DNA of 64,000 nucleotides from Escherichia coli (GTDB lineage Bacteria; Pseudomonadota; Gammaproteobacteria; Enterobacterales; Enterobacteriaceae): NCBI RefSeq assembly GCF_024700885.2, contig NZ_CP117016.1; one strand, 5' to 3'. Shown piece by piece: positions 62,427 to 64,000 of this stretch (position 1 is its first letter; each line of letters starts with the position of its first letter). The notes under the pieces were generated by a model. It saw only the letters and a program-made list of their open reading frames with translations, ran no database searches and was not told where the DNA came from. The position numbers and the translations under genes were made by a program.

Positions 62427-63158
62427 TTACTCTTCTTCCTCACGCCCAAGATATGAAAGAGATGTGACTGCTGTTGCATGGAAACAACAAACCTTGCTAA
62501 GTGCGCTTTTAAACTCTTCAAGGTCGGATTGCGATTTGATTCTGAAAGGTGACTGCGCAATCCCGGACATGGTAATGCCGCTAACATTGCTCACTGCGCT
62601 GTAGTGATATACGTGCCTATTAGCTGATTGAGCCACGTGTTCCTGTTGGCTGTTTATATTGGCGTCCTGTCTTGTGTTGGCCTGCTCCAACTCTTCGATA
62701 CGTTCAGCCATCGCAGCACACTCTTCAAAGTTGCTTAATGCTTTTCGCTCCGATTCAGCGCATTGTTTTTCCAGTTCTGCTATGCGCTTACCTCCATCCA
62801 CGATTACTCCCTCGTAATGCTCGCGCTGCTCGTTGAGTTTTGATTTTGCCGACTCCAGTTGTTTTGTTAGTTCCGCAATACGGCAAACATCGTTGATACG
62901 CGTTTCCTCTAATGCGTTGATCTCATCCAGTAGTGCCAGCGCAACTTTTGGTGGGATAGCCGCGATATAACGGGCATTAGCACCAGCATTCCTTTGCCCA
63001 TCAATGCCAGGCCAGTCAATAAAGTATCCGCAATGCCTACCCTCAGACGTGCGCGCAGGATAAATGCCGTTATGACCCGGCAAAATATATGCTACCCATT
63101 CATCTTGCGTTGCCTGTTCCGCCGCCTCGCGCAGTGCCTGATAATTAATCTTGCTCAC
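62427..63158 (-). CDS. Ead/Ea22-like early protein
   Basis: 243 aa, GTG start. MSKINYQALREAAEQATQDEW...ARYIAAIPPKVALALLDEINALEE followed by a coiled coil is typical of the Ead/Ea22 family. Confidence 0.65.
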   Translation of the reverse strand: MSKINYQALREAAEQATQDEWVAYILPGHNGIYPARTSEGRHCGYFIDWPGIDGQRNAGANARYIAAIPPKVALALLDEINALEETRINDVCRIAELTKQLESAKSKLNEQREHYEGVIVDGGKRIAELEKQCAESERKALSNFEECAAMAERIEELEQANTRQDANINSQQEHVAQSANRHVYHYSAVSNVSGITMSGIAQSPFRIKSQSDLEEFKSALSKVCCFHATAVTSLSYLGREEEE

Positions 63159-63808
63159 TGGCTGCCTCCTTTGCGAAGCTGTTCAGCGATATCTTCGAGA
63201 ACGCCATCAGAGAATGAGCGGTCAAAATCGCCTTCCCGCGCATTAGCCATAAACTCAGTAGAGGTAAGAATCATCCGGGCAATATCCGCGGCGTTCTTCG
63301 CAGTATCATCAATAAAACCAGCTTCCCAAGCAGCCAGCATTCTGTTCGCCACAAAGTAAGCGCCCTCCTTGCGTGCTTCAGTCTTCACTTCATCCAGGAA
63401 AGTGTCGGTCGCAGGAGTGGTTTTTTGTGGTGATAGGGCGATACGAATTGTTTCAAGAGCTGGATCTATTTCCACTGTTGGCACTTTGATAAAACCAAGC
63501 TGCACGCCATTCATAATGAACGTGCGGCGATCCTCACATATCGCCTTCAGCGCCGCATTCTCCGCTGCCAGCGCCGAAAACTTCTCATGTGCCAACTTAA
63601 CAGCCGAATCAGCCTGCTTAATTGACTCAATCGCTCTCTGGTGGTCTTCGGCCAGCGCATTAGCACGCACCAGTTGCACTTCAAGTTGCGTTGCCAAATC
63701 GCTGATCAGCTTTGCCACACTGCGCATATCAACGGCACCACATTCTGCTTTCAGTTCCGAAGCCATCTCATGCCCGGTGGAAACTAACCCTTTGATATTA
63801 CTTTCCAT
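63155..63808 (-). CDS. Hypothetical coiled-coil early protein
   Basis: 217 aa, RBS gagggt. GTGA overlap with the downstream gene. Confidence 0.55.
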   Translation of the reverse strand: MESNIKGLVSTGHEMASELKAECGAVDMRSVAKLISDLATQLEVQLVRANALAEDHQRAIESIKQADSAVKLAHEKFSALAAENAALKAICEDRRTFIMNGVQLGFIKVPTVEIDPALETIRIALSPQKTTPATDTFLDEVKTEARKEGAYFVANRMLAAWEAGFIDDTAKNAADIARMILTSTEFMANAREGDFDRSFSDGVLEDIAEQLRKGGSQ

Positions 63809-63869
63809 CTTTACCCTCGCTTATCCACATAACTTATTGATAACATTGATAACTAAAAAGATCGTCGAT

Positions 63870-64000
63870 TCAGAACTCTTCGATTTTCCATCCGCCACCT
63901 GCTTTCTTTGGCTTAACCGTTACCCCGATGATTCGGAACGGATACTGATCTGCGGCGATTTTGGTTTTCACCCTGGCGTCGTCTGTCCAGAAACCTTTCA
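63870..64000 (-). CDS. 3' end of an early-region ORF truncated by the window edge
   Basis: Hand translation of the minus strand gives ...KGFWTDDARVKTKIAADQYPFRIIGVTVKPKKAGGGWKIEEF-stop. Confidence 0.35.
   Translation of the reverse strand, partial: KGFWTDDARVKTKIAADQYPFRIIGVTVKPKKAGGGWKIEEF

Larger units (their letters stand above)
33541..64000. mobile_element. Temperate podovirus-type prophage (epsilon15/BPP-1-like head, T7-like tail synteny), left ~30.5 kb; continues beyond the right edge
   Basis: A contiguous block of lysis, tailspike, ejection, tail, capsid, portal, terminase and early genes replaces the K-12 yfgI-guaA junction. No integrase, repressor or attR lies inside the window. 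Confidence 0.9.

Overview
The window has two parts. (1) Positions 1-33.5 kb are ordinary Escherichia coli K-12-type core chromosome. I recognise the gene order and protein sequences: purC' (5' fragment), bamC, dapA, gcvR, bcp, the complete hydrogenase-4 operon hyfABCDEFGHIJ-hyfR-focB, perM, bepA, yfgD, hda, uraA, upp, purMN, ppk, ppx, pdeF(yfgF), yfgG, yfgH, yfgI. All ORF lengths match K-12, so I call no pseudogenes. Several known regulatory sites can be read directly: the sigma54 promoter of hyf, a PurR box at purM, the T8 reiterative-transcription tract of upp, a perfect FNR palindrome upstream of pdeF, and REP elements. (2) From about 33.54 kb to the right edge lies the left ~30.5 kb of a temperate podovirus-type prophage. 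It sits where guaA follows yfgI in K-12. The junction keeps an orphan copy of the last guaA codons (IEWE-stop), so this is attL of a guaA-3'-end-targeting phage. The integrase, repressor and attR must lie beyond 64 kb. Almost all prophage genes are on the minus strand, in this map order from left to right: lysis cassette (Rz/Rz1, GH19 endolysin, two membrane proteins), tailspike, small membrane proteins, three giant internal/ejection proteins, gp14/gp13/gp12/gp11-like tail genes in T7-like synteny, capsid accessory genes, HK97-type major capsid, scaffold, portal, terminase large and small, then Ea22/DUF551-type early genes. Four plus-strand units interrupt this and look like accessory cargo. 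The first is an AT-rich left-handed beta-helix (LbH) acetyltransferase whose 3' end is a perfect 342-nt tandem array of an 8-nt unit. The second is a small ORF behind a near-consensus LexA box. The third is a tRNA-Arg(UCU) preceded by about 430 nt of structured non-coding DNA. The fourth is a small beta-helix-repeat protein. The most interesting signals are the octanucleotide contingency tract (a C-terminus-switching design), the SOS-box-controlled ORF (candidate antirepressor) and a regulatory module shared by two divergent intergenic regions. No database search or RNA folding was possible. Family names come from motif recognition, gene size and synteny.
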